Shown here piece after piece: positions 11,704 to 21,466 of a DNA stretch of 64,000 nt. Source of the stretch: Trichosphaerium sp. ATCC 40318. Taxonomy: Eukaryota > Protista > Tubulinea. Below the pieces are notes generated by a model. That model was given only the letters and a program-made list of their open reading frames with translations, ran no database searches and was not told the DNA's origin. Position numbers and translations under genes: made by a program. Numbering within the stretch: the stretch's first letter is position 1; every line of letters begins with the position of its first letter. Location of the stretch: contig JALMLS010000328.1 of NCBI GenBank assembly GCA_038496445.1, forward strand, positions 62,001-126,000, read 5' to 3'.

Positions 11704-12821
11704 ATGCCAAAAGGTTCAAACAAAACACGAGAACAACCAAAGCGACCAGAAACGTTGGTGGCAAAAGTGGTATTGTTTGGAGAGTCAGGTTAGCCACGCA
11801 ACAGTTGTAGTTCGATAGTAAACTCATTTGCTAGTGGTTTTTAATTAGTACTAACTCGTCTCACCCTAAGGTGTTGGAAAGACATCTATATTGAATAGAT
11901 ATATATACAACACGTATGAGAGTCCTGCAAACACAATAGGGGCAGGATTTGTACGTCAGAAGCAACTTCTCTTATGAAAACTTGCTACAATTTGTTCTTA
12001 TTTCTTCCTACTTATTCGTTACTCACTCTGTTCAGCTTAGCAATGAAGTGTCAGGAAAGTATACTCAAACAATTAAACTGCACTTATGGGAGTAAGTAAA
12101 AAGCATCCGATGTTTAATTAATACTGAGATATCTTCTATAGCACAGCTGGCAGGGAACGATACCAACCCTTAGGAGGTACACAAAATTCTTGTCTCATTT
12201 TCTGTAATTTTGTTTCCTAGATTTGTATTACCGTGATGCACATATAGCGCTACTAGTGTTTGATATTAGCTGTAAAAGGTCGTTCGAATATATCAATTAT
12301 TATAAAGAGGAACTTTTGAGGAGTCACAAAGACCCAGACAATGTAAGTGTTACAGATCCATGTGAAAAAGGTCTTCTGAATCACTTTTTGTTCTAAGCTT
12401 ATATTTGTTGTCATTGGAAACAAAAGCGATCTAGATGATAGAAAAGTATCAAAGCAATCAATAGACGACCTAGTCGAATATTGGGAATGCCCATATTATG
12501 AAGTTAGCGCTAAAACGGTACAATACCCTTTTTTTTTCCAAGGCAACTTTTTGATTCGAATACAAATTCTCTTTGTGGGCTATATCCACATTGTTCTTTG
12601 TTTCTATAACAACAATCTAACTTTATTCACTTCATTATTCGCCATGCTAAGCCATTTTTGATCTACAGGGGAAGAACATTCATGAAACTTTTGAAGAAAT
12701 AGCACGTATCCGAGAAAGATCATTTCGAAAACGCCCTAAGTCCATTGCAATCAAGGAACCTAAGCATGTCAATAGTAGCAGTTTGTTTACATACTTATCA
12801 TCATTGTTTGGATATCAATAA
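11704..12821 (+). CDS. Divergent Rab-family small GTPase (7 exons)
   Basis: The spliced product contains KVVLFGESGVGKTS, TIGAGF, LWDTAGRERY, LYYRDA, GNKSDL and EVSAKTG. Confidence 0.92.
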
Positions 12822-12917
12822 ATAAAGTTGTTTGCAAACACGTGTTTTGGTCAAAAACAGTCGTTTATCTTTTTACCGAAACCGTGGTTCTCTGCGTTGT
12901 CAACACAGCGCTTAATT

Positions 12918-13736
12918 ATGGACCATAACACAACAGATCTTATTAAACTGCCAGTGGAAGTAATCGTTCATATCCTGAAACAAGGATCTTTTACACTCCG
13001 TTCAGCACAAACATGCCAGTTATTGCGAGATATCGTTCACAACCATGTTGGATACGGGCTAATAGAGGTTAAAAGTGATAGGAAAATACCTCTTCTTTCT
13101 GGAAGCCCTTTACTTCAAAATACCTCTATTTCTACTATTTTGATTAAAGAAGATATCAATGACACTCACTTGCACTTACTGGAGGGTGTACACACTATTG
13201 ATGTACAACGAACCCAAATTACTGATTACGGTTTGAAGGCTATGGCTGGAGTCCATTCAATTGACTTGTCATACTGTAACCTCATAACAGATGATGGCGT
13301 CATATCTTTGGCTGGAGTTCATAACATCAACTTGTCATATTGCCGCACAATAACTGGCAAGGGTGTCAAGGCATTAGCTGGAGTTCATACGATTGCCTTA
13401 ACAAGTTGTTATCTTGTGTCAGATGAGGGCATTATGGCTTTGGCTGGTGCTCATACCATTAACTTATCCTATTGTCCCATAACAGATAAGGTTCTGAAGG
13501 CATTGGCTGGTGCCCATACAATTGACTTGTCACGTTGCTATCCTATAACAGATGAGGGTCTGAAGGCTTTGGCTGGAGTTCATACAATTAACTTGTCATA
13601 TAGTCGTCATGTTACAGATGAAGGTCTGAAGGCTTTGGTTGGAGTTCATACAATTAATTTGACACGTTGTGCTAATGTGACAGACGATGGTATTATGTTA
13701 TTGGCTGATGCACACAGTTATATTGCGATATCGTAA
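12918..13736 (+). CDS. Intronless F-box + LRR protein
   Basis: LIKLPVEVIVHIL F-box and about 8 LRRs. A residual repeat (IKALAGVHTL) continues past the stop codon. Confidence 0.9.
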   Translation: MDHNTTDLIKLPVEVIVHILKQGSFTLRSAQTCQLLRDIVHNHVGYGLIEVKSDRKIPLLSGSPLLQNTSISTILIKEDINDTHLHLLEGVHTIDVQRTQITDYGLKAMAGVHSIDLSYCNLITDDGVISLAGVHNINLSYCRTITGKGVKALAGVHTIALTSCYLVSDEGIMALAGAHTINLSYCPITDKVLKALAGAHTIDLSRCYPITDEGLKALAGVHTINLSYSRHVTDEGLKALVGVHTINLTRCANVTDDGIMLLADAHSYIAIS

Positions 13737-14019
13737 TCTATCAGCTAAAGTAATAAAGGCTTTAGCTGGTGTACATACTTTAAAGTTTACCTGAAGGTTA
13801 GAAGTTTGTTAGTGTTCGCACTAGTACTTTAGCAACTACAGCAACTGAAGAACTCAAAGGGTGTCCTGGTATTGATTGATGTACGCAAGTAATAGGAACT
13901 AGAAACAAAAGAAGTCATTAAAATTTTTAGTTTACATTTAGTTGCATTGAATAAATTGTACAAAACGACTTTAGCCGAAAACTGTTCAACTTCACCAAAA
14001 TTAGGAGTGCTTCTTTCTC

Positions 14020-14063
14020 ACCATTATTTGAACCTATGTCGCGTACTAACCACTACGCTATAC
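14020..14063 (-). pseudogene. tRNA-derived relic (A box and B box, anticodon arm missing)
   Basis: TAGCGTAGTGGTTAGTACGC (D-arm) is followed directly by GACATAGGTTCAAAT. No acceptor-stem pairing. Confidence 0.5.
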
Positions 14064-14255
14064 AAAACGTATTAACACACTCACTCTGGAGTATGGTGGA
14101 ACCTTATACGACACCTACTTAATCTATTGTCCAGGCCTTTTAGTTCTACTAGCTCTCTATATACTTACAGTGCCTCTACTAAAAAAAGGATTTATCACGT
14201 GAGATGCTGACTAAGGTAGCACAAACTGACTTAAATTTCAGTTCCTTCAACAACA

Positions 14256-15006
14256 ATGGCAGCTCCTCCTTCTACAGAACCTCTGTTTTCTAAGTCTTTT
14301 TCTTTACCTGATGGCGTAACGGGTCACCTGACAGTAACAAGCGGGGAAACTACAACAATCGAGCTCGTTTTGCCTGAGCATACATGGTCCAGCACAAATG
14401 AACTCCAAACACTACTTCAGTTCATCACGCGACAATCACTCATTACAGAGCTCGGAAAAGATACGCTTTCAATCATTAGGGCATCCCCGGTACGCAAACT
14501 GTCTTTTTATTGCGTAACAGCTTACATACATTTAGAACGAATATCATTTGACTTGTGATCTTCTTCAAACGCCTATTGTGAGGCCGGCTTAACTGCCCGG
14601 TGAATGCAGCTTCTCTTCAGCATATCTTTTATTTTACACCTTTAGGTTATCTCTACACTCTCCAGAGCCCTTTACGCCCATGACGGGCCCAAAGCACTCC
14701 TGTGCACACAGTTTAATGCTATAGCTCTGTTTGACATGCTAAAGTACTTTTAGTCACACCGCTGGCCTTTCTTTTGTATTTCGTTGGTAATCTGATTTAA
14801 TTCTCTATTCTGCTTTTACACGCTAAAATCAACTACACTAACTCGATTTTACCTTTCTCACTGCTTTTTAGCAACAAACTAACTTCCTAAAGGAACACCT
14901 CACTATTTCTACGTCTACGGCCATTGAACATGCTTGTAACTCAAACATTATTAGCAGGTAATGAAACTAGATGTCAATGAAGATAGCAAGGTCAGATTTT
15001 TGAAAT

Positions 15007-15037
<31 letters not shown>

Positions 15038-16048
15038 GGTACTTCCTTTTCGTATAATCACGTGCGCAATGAATATGTTTCCACAAGTGTAGATAGCTTT
15101 GCTATGAGGAACATTTCTTTTTTAGCTGGGACTGGACCATTTCTATATGCACTTGAGCAATACAGTAATTAAACAGATAGCAACAAATTGTCCATGAAAA
15201 CGTTAACCTCAGAACCATAATCAAATTGCTGACCATTAATAGAACATATGCATATGCCGGACGACAAGTTTTATTTTCATCTGTATGATTGGTCCTGTTC
15301 CATGACATGATGTCCTCCTGTAACTTTCTGTACACGCATGTCAATCTGTAAGTCGTCTTCCATGTAAACCCCCCTATATGTAATAAAGTAGGCGCTAGCG
15401 CGCTGCCTCTTGTTCTAAAAAAAAAACTTCAAACGCCTATTGTGTTCAAAAAATCGATAACGCACAGTCCACTGGAAAAAACACTTCTTAAACGAGTGAC
15501 TGCTCTTGAAGAGAACGCATTCATAAAAGGGATTGCTATTTTTGAGGACAGACTTCCAGCCAACGGTCCAGGCACGTGATATTTTAGAGTTTCGAAAAAA
15601 AAAAAAAAAAGTTAATTCTGAGACAGGAGGTGAGGCAAAAAACCAACAATGGGCGAGAAGACATTTCAATACAGTAGCAATCAACTCTATAGGATGTAGC
15701 TTAAATGATAATATTGTGACCTTACAAAAAGGAAGCTACTTGATTCAAGCATCAGCTCCTTGTTACCGTTGTGATGTCCATGTGGTGAGACTATTCAACC
15801 TTGACACTAATAATGTTATTGCTGTTGGTACAAAGGAAATCGCATCCCATGGTCCTCACTTGTGGGTACAAACAAGATCTTTTCTAAAATGCCATGTAAA
15901 GGTTGAAACACCTACAAGAGTTGTTCTACAACATTGGGTGCAAAAAGTTTCGTGTACAGCAGTCAATGCTTTTGGATACGCCATAGATGAAGATGGTCCA
16001 AGTGACTGTCTTGCTGTGTATACAGCAATGCAAATTTGGAAGTTGTAA
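14256..16048 (+). CDS. Multi-exon protein with a C-terminal beta-rich domain resembling phage tail-fibre/C1q-like domains
   Basis: Exons at ~14256-14489, 14647-14742, 14872-14957, 15477-15571 and 15627-16048. Motif series FEDR..GPGG..W.RR.FNT..TLQKGSYLIQASAP..H..RL.N..QHWVQ..FG..VYT..QIWK. The exon 2/3 phase is unresolved. Confidence 0.65.
15040..15426 (+). mobile_element. Decayed 3' end of a LINE-like element inside an intron
   Basis: Degenerate C..C..EEHFF knuckle with stops. Ends in aggcgctagcgcgctgcctcttgttct plus poly(A), a tail also present at 48233-48288. Confidence 0.6.
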
Positions 16049-16179
16049 GAAATAAACATTGTCATACGTATAACTTTGAAGCTTGTGCCACATACTTTCA
16101 TCTTAGGTGATACCCTCACATGTTTTCGTTCGTTTATTTTATACATAGATTATATCAGTACTTTATGGTTGATCACCTT

Positions 16180-17030
16180 TATTGTTTACAAGCTGGCCTT
16201 ATTCAAACTAGGTCTGATTTACTCTGAGTTTCCTTTCTTAGTTTGTGTTTTACGGTGCTTGTTTACTGCAGCAATATTTTGTATTAGTCCAAAGTAAACT
16301 ATTGCATTTTCTGATGTATCACTTCGTGTAGAAAAGTGTAAATACTCTCGCAGATTCTTCCTTAATTCTTCAATCGGTATGTCATGATATAACATTCTTT
16401 CAGCTGCCATTCCTTTGAGTTCATCATCAGAAAGAGGGAAATCTTCTTTATTCGCTGCAGCCATGAAGAGATCTTTATACAAGTACTCACATAGAAGTCA
16501 GAAAACAATGAATGTAAATAGTAAAAGTACATGGTCAATTTCTTGAACTTCTCTAAAGTTATAACTTAATGAATTAACAGCGAACCACTTCAATGGAATA
16601 AACAAGTATTGTCTAATAGCATGGTAAATATATAAGGTGTTAAGCAGTAGGTGTTGAGGTGTACCGTAGTGAATTAGACATCATGTATAACTCTGGTATT
16701 GAAAAGTCATACATGGTAAAATGATCAAAAGTCTTTGCGCTCACATTGAATTCTCTGCTTAGTGTATACTTCCCATGTATTGCCTACAGGTATTACCACG
16801 CAAATACAGGCATCATACAAGAGTCATACTTTTTTTAGTGCAGCAAGAAGTTCACCACACTCGTTTTTATCAGTGCTATGTTTTGCCACAACTTTTTTTA
16901 ATGTTGCTAAAATACTTCGTTGCATATTATCACAGAGTTTCTTTTTATGTTTCACATCTCTAATCAAACCTTCTTCTGTCCATGCTGTATCTTTCCAGAA
17001 GAAAGCCCGAATTTCCAAGTAAATGGAAAT
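16180..17030 (-). CDS. Multi-exon protein of unknown function
   Basis: Coding-like segments at 16824-17018 and 16219-16490 with splice sites. No recognised domain. Confidence 0.5.
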
Positions 17031-17829
17031 AACAATACCATAATTATACGGATTCTAAGGCAAAATTATTGATAAGCAAAAAAAACTGTTTTTATCACGT
17101 GATTTCAATTGTATAATAAAGCTCTATCACTAACCTTGCTATGACAAAAATCGACTAGGTAATAAATTGAAACTACTTGTACTTAACATAAGTAGCTAGT
17201 GATGGCTCTTATCGGCTAATTAATCGGCTACGCCGGAAGGAGCTGTTATAACAAGGAAAAAAAATATCGACGATCCGGCTTTTTTAGCTTGCAAACGATT
17301 TGCCTTTTTTTTTTAAAGCCGGCAACAGCTAATAACACGCCGATAATATCGTTTTTCGCTATTAGCTTATGTGCACTCATTGAACATTCTGAAAACGGTT
17401 GCAAAACGGCATATTATCCAAACATGAAGTAACCCTTAGTGCTTTAAAAGCCACGTGCCAAAAGTTGATTTGAAAAAAAATAAACTGTTTAATGAAAAAT
17501 AAGCGTACTTGTGCTGTTAAACGGATATCTCTTAAATATTGTTTCTCCTCAAAGGTTCGATTTGCTTGTGGATGCAGTAAGCAAATCAGATGGTTTAACG
17601 TATATTCTTACGTTTTTTATCATTCCAGTGTTTAACAGCACGTCTGGAACCTCTACACGCTACGACGGCTAAAATTCTCTGAGAACGGCTACCGTATTTT
17701 GTTTCATTTTAGTACGCACATCTTGCTATCATTTTGAGTTGAGTTCAGTCTTTAAGACAAGCTGCAATTAAGCAACCTCGTAATTAAAAAAAAAGGTTCC
17801 CGACAAGTCAATCAATAGCTCTACACTAT

Positions 17830-18170
17830 ATTATGATTGAATGTAAAATTTGTGGTTGACAGTTTTCACAAAACGAGAACTAAAAATATTGTGTATGTCA
17901 GCCAATTGCCCTGTTTGCTGGTCACTTTGGTGAAGGCCAAATTTAATCACATGCACATCAGCCATTTTTAGATACCGTCTGTTGCTAGTATATACAATAA
18001 TACAGAATTTTGTATGGATATCAGTACGTATCATTTACCATGACACCCATTAGCCATACCAGCAACTTTAAGCAGCGAAGACTTTTTGGGGATGACGCAA
18101 TAACAATTCCACGCAAATCAAGAGCCTGCATTGTACAGGAGGTAGCAATGGACAGCATATCAAGATGAAG
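17830..18170 (-). pseudogene. Highly decayed LRR-family relic
   Basis: LKMADVHVI and QLADIHNI resemble the LAGVHTI repeat. Confidence 0.4.
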
Positions 18171-18257
18171 TCATAACCATAATGCACTACATACTTTTGG
18201 GGAATGGGGAAGATAGAAAAGCCACGAAGTCATTACGTCACCATTGACTAAATATAG

Positions 18258-18758
18258 ACAAATGGAAAACTCGCAAATTTTCTGTTTTTAACATCAATTC
18301 TATTCTCATCAACGTCACCTGCGATAGATTACGAATATACACTCAATATGCTTATACATACCTTCAACAGTGAAATACAAAGTGCTAGTCCATTAAAGGG
18401 TTACAATTCAAACCACTCTCTCCGTATTTCATCAATAGTAAAACAAATAAACCAAGACAATGGTCCTATTCAAACTCTTGCAATGCCGGATGGTTACATC
18501 CTGGTTTCTATTCTTGATGAACAAGAATCTCTTGAATATGCTTTAAATGATGCGGAAGCATTGGGTAATACACCATGTTTGCTTGTGGTAGGTTTAAGGA
18601 TGGGAATGATTGTTGATGGTGAAGAGTATTTAAACCAAGCTGCGAAAACTGCTTCAAGGTTTTTGAATGCACCTTATTATGAAACTGATAATATTAATGG
18701 TGCCATACGATATTTTAATTCTTTGCCAAAAGAAGGTACAGCCACTACCCCTCGCTAA
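18258..18758 (+). CDS. Degenerate Ras-like-fold protein (terminal exon)
   Basis: DGYILVS..ESLE..PCLLVVG..A..LNAPYYET follows the C-terminal half of a small GTPase but lacks the G1, G3 and G4 motifs. The ORF is conserved in both duplicate copies. Confidence 0.5.
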   Translation, partial: TNGKLANFLFLTSILFSSTSPAIDYEYTLNMLIHTFNSEIQSASPLKGYNSNHSLRISSIVKQINQDNGPIQTLAMPDGYILVSILDEQESLEYALNDAEALGNTPCLLVVGLRMGMIVDGEEYLNQAAKTASRFLNAPYYETDNINGAIRYFNSLPKEGTATTPR

Positions 18759-19289
18759 GTTGACAACATATCTTACACTATGTTAAGATGCTCAAACATT
18801 TGCAAGCAAATAAACAAATGATGAATCCTTGTAACTGCCGTTTGTGCTTCCCAAACTAATATTGACACTATGTTGGAGCGGGTAGGAGTTGTAAGTTTCA
18901 ATTAGATTCAAAAATAAATCACATTGTTACCATAGCTTCTACTGACATCTTCGGAAAATGCGTTTGTAATACTTCATTTTGTCAATCAGAAATCCAAGTA
19001 TTGGTCATGTTTGATACTGCCTGGTGAATTATCAAACTGCGATGTATCAGAGGAACAAGGTCTGTCGGAAACCAAAAAATGTGACATTTTTATGATTGAA
19101 AGAAAGCACAAGTAAAAACTTGGGTTGATTGAATAATAGAACCACAATTATTGCAAAATAATTCTAAATTGCGTTATATTGTATGCAATGATCATATAAA
19201 CATATCTCCACAAACCACTTTTTTTTTTGAGCAAGAAATGAGACACTCAAAAGCGAAAACTGTTGTTTAAGATTTCAAGGAGTTGGAAG

Positions 19290-19425
19290 TGGTTAACCAT
19301 CCGGTGGGAGCGCCTGCTGTCAGCCTTGGGAGCTGAAAATAACACCTGGAAGATTATTGTACAAGCCTTTGATCGTGGCTTGTACTGTTCTTCAATGAAC
19401 AAATAATCTGTCAGTAAACTTTTTT
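19290..19425 (+). ncRNA. Candidate structured RNA (second copy at ~33232-33367, - strand)
   Basis: Four hairpins plus a closing helix AGATTATT/AATAATCT, followed by T6. The three inter-copy substitutions that fall in stems all give G-U pairs. Confidence 0.45.
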
Positions 19426-19722
19426 GTTTTTTCCTACGTTGAGTAAACCAGCCTGGATTATCAATCAAAAAAGAAATCGTAAGTATAGTTTCGCAAAATG
19501 CCAGCTCTGTTAGAGCTATTGGATCCAATAGTGGTAGTGCTATTCATTACTCGAGCCTGAAAAACAAAATAACTATTGCTACCTCATTGCTTGGAATAAT
19601 TCGTCTTTGAACAAAAAACAAAGTATGGTTTATGAGATACAGATAATTGATTACACAGGGTTTCTGGGTACAACTTGATGGAATTGCATACTGAAAGAGC
19701 AAATTTCATTTTCAGTTTTTTT

Positions 19723-21216
19723 TTATTCTTCCGAGTTTTTCACACTGAGCACAAATAGTAGCACTCTTCCTGCAGATACAGCGAATACTAGAAATGCCAT
19801 TGCATATAGATAGTCTATCAATACCAAAAATATTAAAATAAACGGAGGCATAACAAGCAAAATAACGGAACGAGAAATTGTCGATCTCCGTAAATGTTCT
19901 AATTTCAAAATCGTTTCCTTTATGTTTGCGAGGTCGTCTGACATTTTAGCACCCTTTTTAAGACCTCTTATAATTCTTGTGACATTGAAAAATGATAACA
20001 GTAACTGAGGGATTAAAACAGCAAACCACAAAGTGAGTATACAACCAGTTACAATATCTATAAAAACAAATTAATCACAGAAATAGCCAGTAGAACAAAA
20101 AAGTCATTGGAACTTCATCTAATAATAGACTATGAACTCATATCTGTAGTATGAAGTAGCCCACACCACTATCGATACTGGCGCAAGAAAGATACCAAAA
20201 AATAGTCAAACAAGTGAACTACGTACATCGAAAAAGAGAGGGAGAATCAACAATATAAGCTATAGTTGGTACAGTCCATCCCATAATGAAAAAAGATGAT
20301 CCGTGCATAATATACATAATCCTGAGGATGAATATTTCATGGCCAAAGACAGGACCACTTGGAAGCTTCTTTAACAACCTACAAAAGCAAAAACTGTTAG
20401 TACAAAAAAAGAAAGAAAAAAATGAGAAAGAAAAACATACACAATCAAGCGCAGCCCCATGTACGTTGTGTATACTGCATTAAAGCATGTACCAATACCA
20501 AAAAATATAACTAGTGATACTTGGGTTGTCACACGAAATCCAGAGGCTATGAGAATACTTGAAATAGTATAAGCTTGACAAAACAAATAAGCCACTATGA
20601 GATAAAAAAACAAAAAATTGTATCGAAAGCAACTACCGGAAAGCACCGAAGGTGTACTGCATTCCACATAACACGTGTTGTTCCTGTCATCACTTGATAT
20701 TGAGTGTCATGCGAACAAAAGCGTACTTGTACTGGAGACAATAAAACTTGCTAAAATGGCGTGATTCTGTTTGATATCCAAGAACGGACGCCAATCAAAA
20801 GGAAACAGTTGATAAAGTCTGTAAACCGATACGAAAAACGTGAAGCATCCCAATAGTGCCACAAAGCTGTATATTGTTATTACAGCAATTGAGGATGTGA
20901 AACAAGCGGTATTATCTCCATTTTCGTCAACAAGATGTAAAAGAACGCCATCACCACTCCAACTATAGATTATCAGCTATTTAGAGCGAACCGGAGTGTT
21001 TTGCATTATGTTGATCAAGAATGAAGTGAAATCAAAAAAGGAACCAACAGTTGGTCTACAAAACAACTGACAAGCATCATGCACCGGCGTAAAATATAGC
21101 CTTACACTCCGGAGCCACCTGAAAACGTACCCAGTGCTACAAACGCATGTGTCGTTAATACAACTCCCTTTACCACCACACTCGAGGTATAAAGGCCAAT
21201 CCGTCCTACATGGCAT
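19723..21216 (-). CDS. EGF-like domain + multi-pass (7TM-like) membrane protein, copy A
   Basis: CGGKGSCINDTCVCSTG|WSG EGF-like motif followed by several hydrophobic helices across exons. Confidence 0.75.
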
Positions 21217-21295
21217 AGCAATTATGCACAAGCGGTGTACGCTTGCAAAAATAAATGGGAAATGGTGTCCTTACAAAATAGAAATCAAAAAGCAG

Positions 21296-21367
21296 TGAGG
21301 GCGACGTGACTCGAACACGCAACCTTCTGATCTGGAGTCAGATGCACTACCATTATGCTACGCCCCC
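21296..21367 (-). tRNA. trnW-CCA: tRNA-Trp(CCA)
   Basis: GGGGGCG TA GCAT AATGGTA GTGC A TCTGA CTCCAGA TCAGA AGGTT GCGTG TTCGAGT CACGT CGCCCTC A, followed by a T5 terminator. Confidence 0.97.
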
Positions 21368-21466
21368 TGCTGGATGATTGACAAAGCGAGAAAGGGATTC
21401 CCATTATGTAACAAGTAATGAATATTGCAACTAGTTGGTTTTTATATTTATCTGGCAAATTTACGT

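Larger units (their letters stand above)
18195..19430 (+). repeat. ~1.2-kb segmental duplication, copy 1 (inverted copy at 33227-34470)
   Basis: Near-identical sequence on opposite strands apart from a divergent ~150-bp middle. Confidence 0.95.

Noticed and set aside
9175-13736. Endogenous giant virus insertion
   Set aside because: No viral core genes (capsid, polymerase, packaging ATPase) are present, and the virus-like genes are interleaved with intron-rich host genes.
14582-14612. GGCCGGC..GCCCGG..GCAG as an HDV or twister ribozyme
   Set aside because: Only a 4-bp/4-bp pseudoknot is possible, and the catalytic core elements are absent.
21296-21367. Alternative genetic code
   Set aside because: The Trp anticodon is the standard CCA, and conserved genes read through without in-frame stops once spliced.
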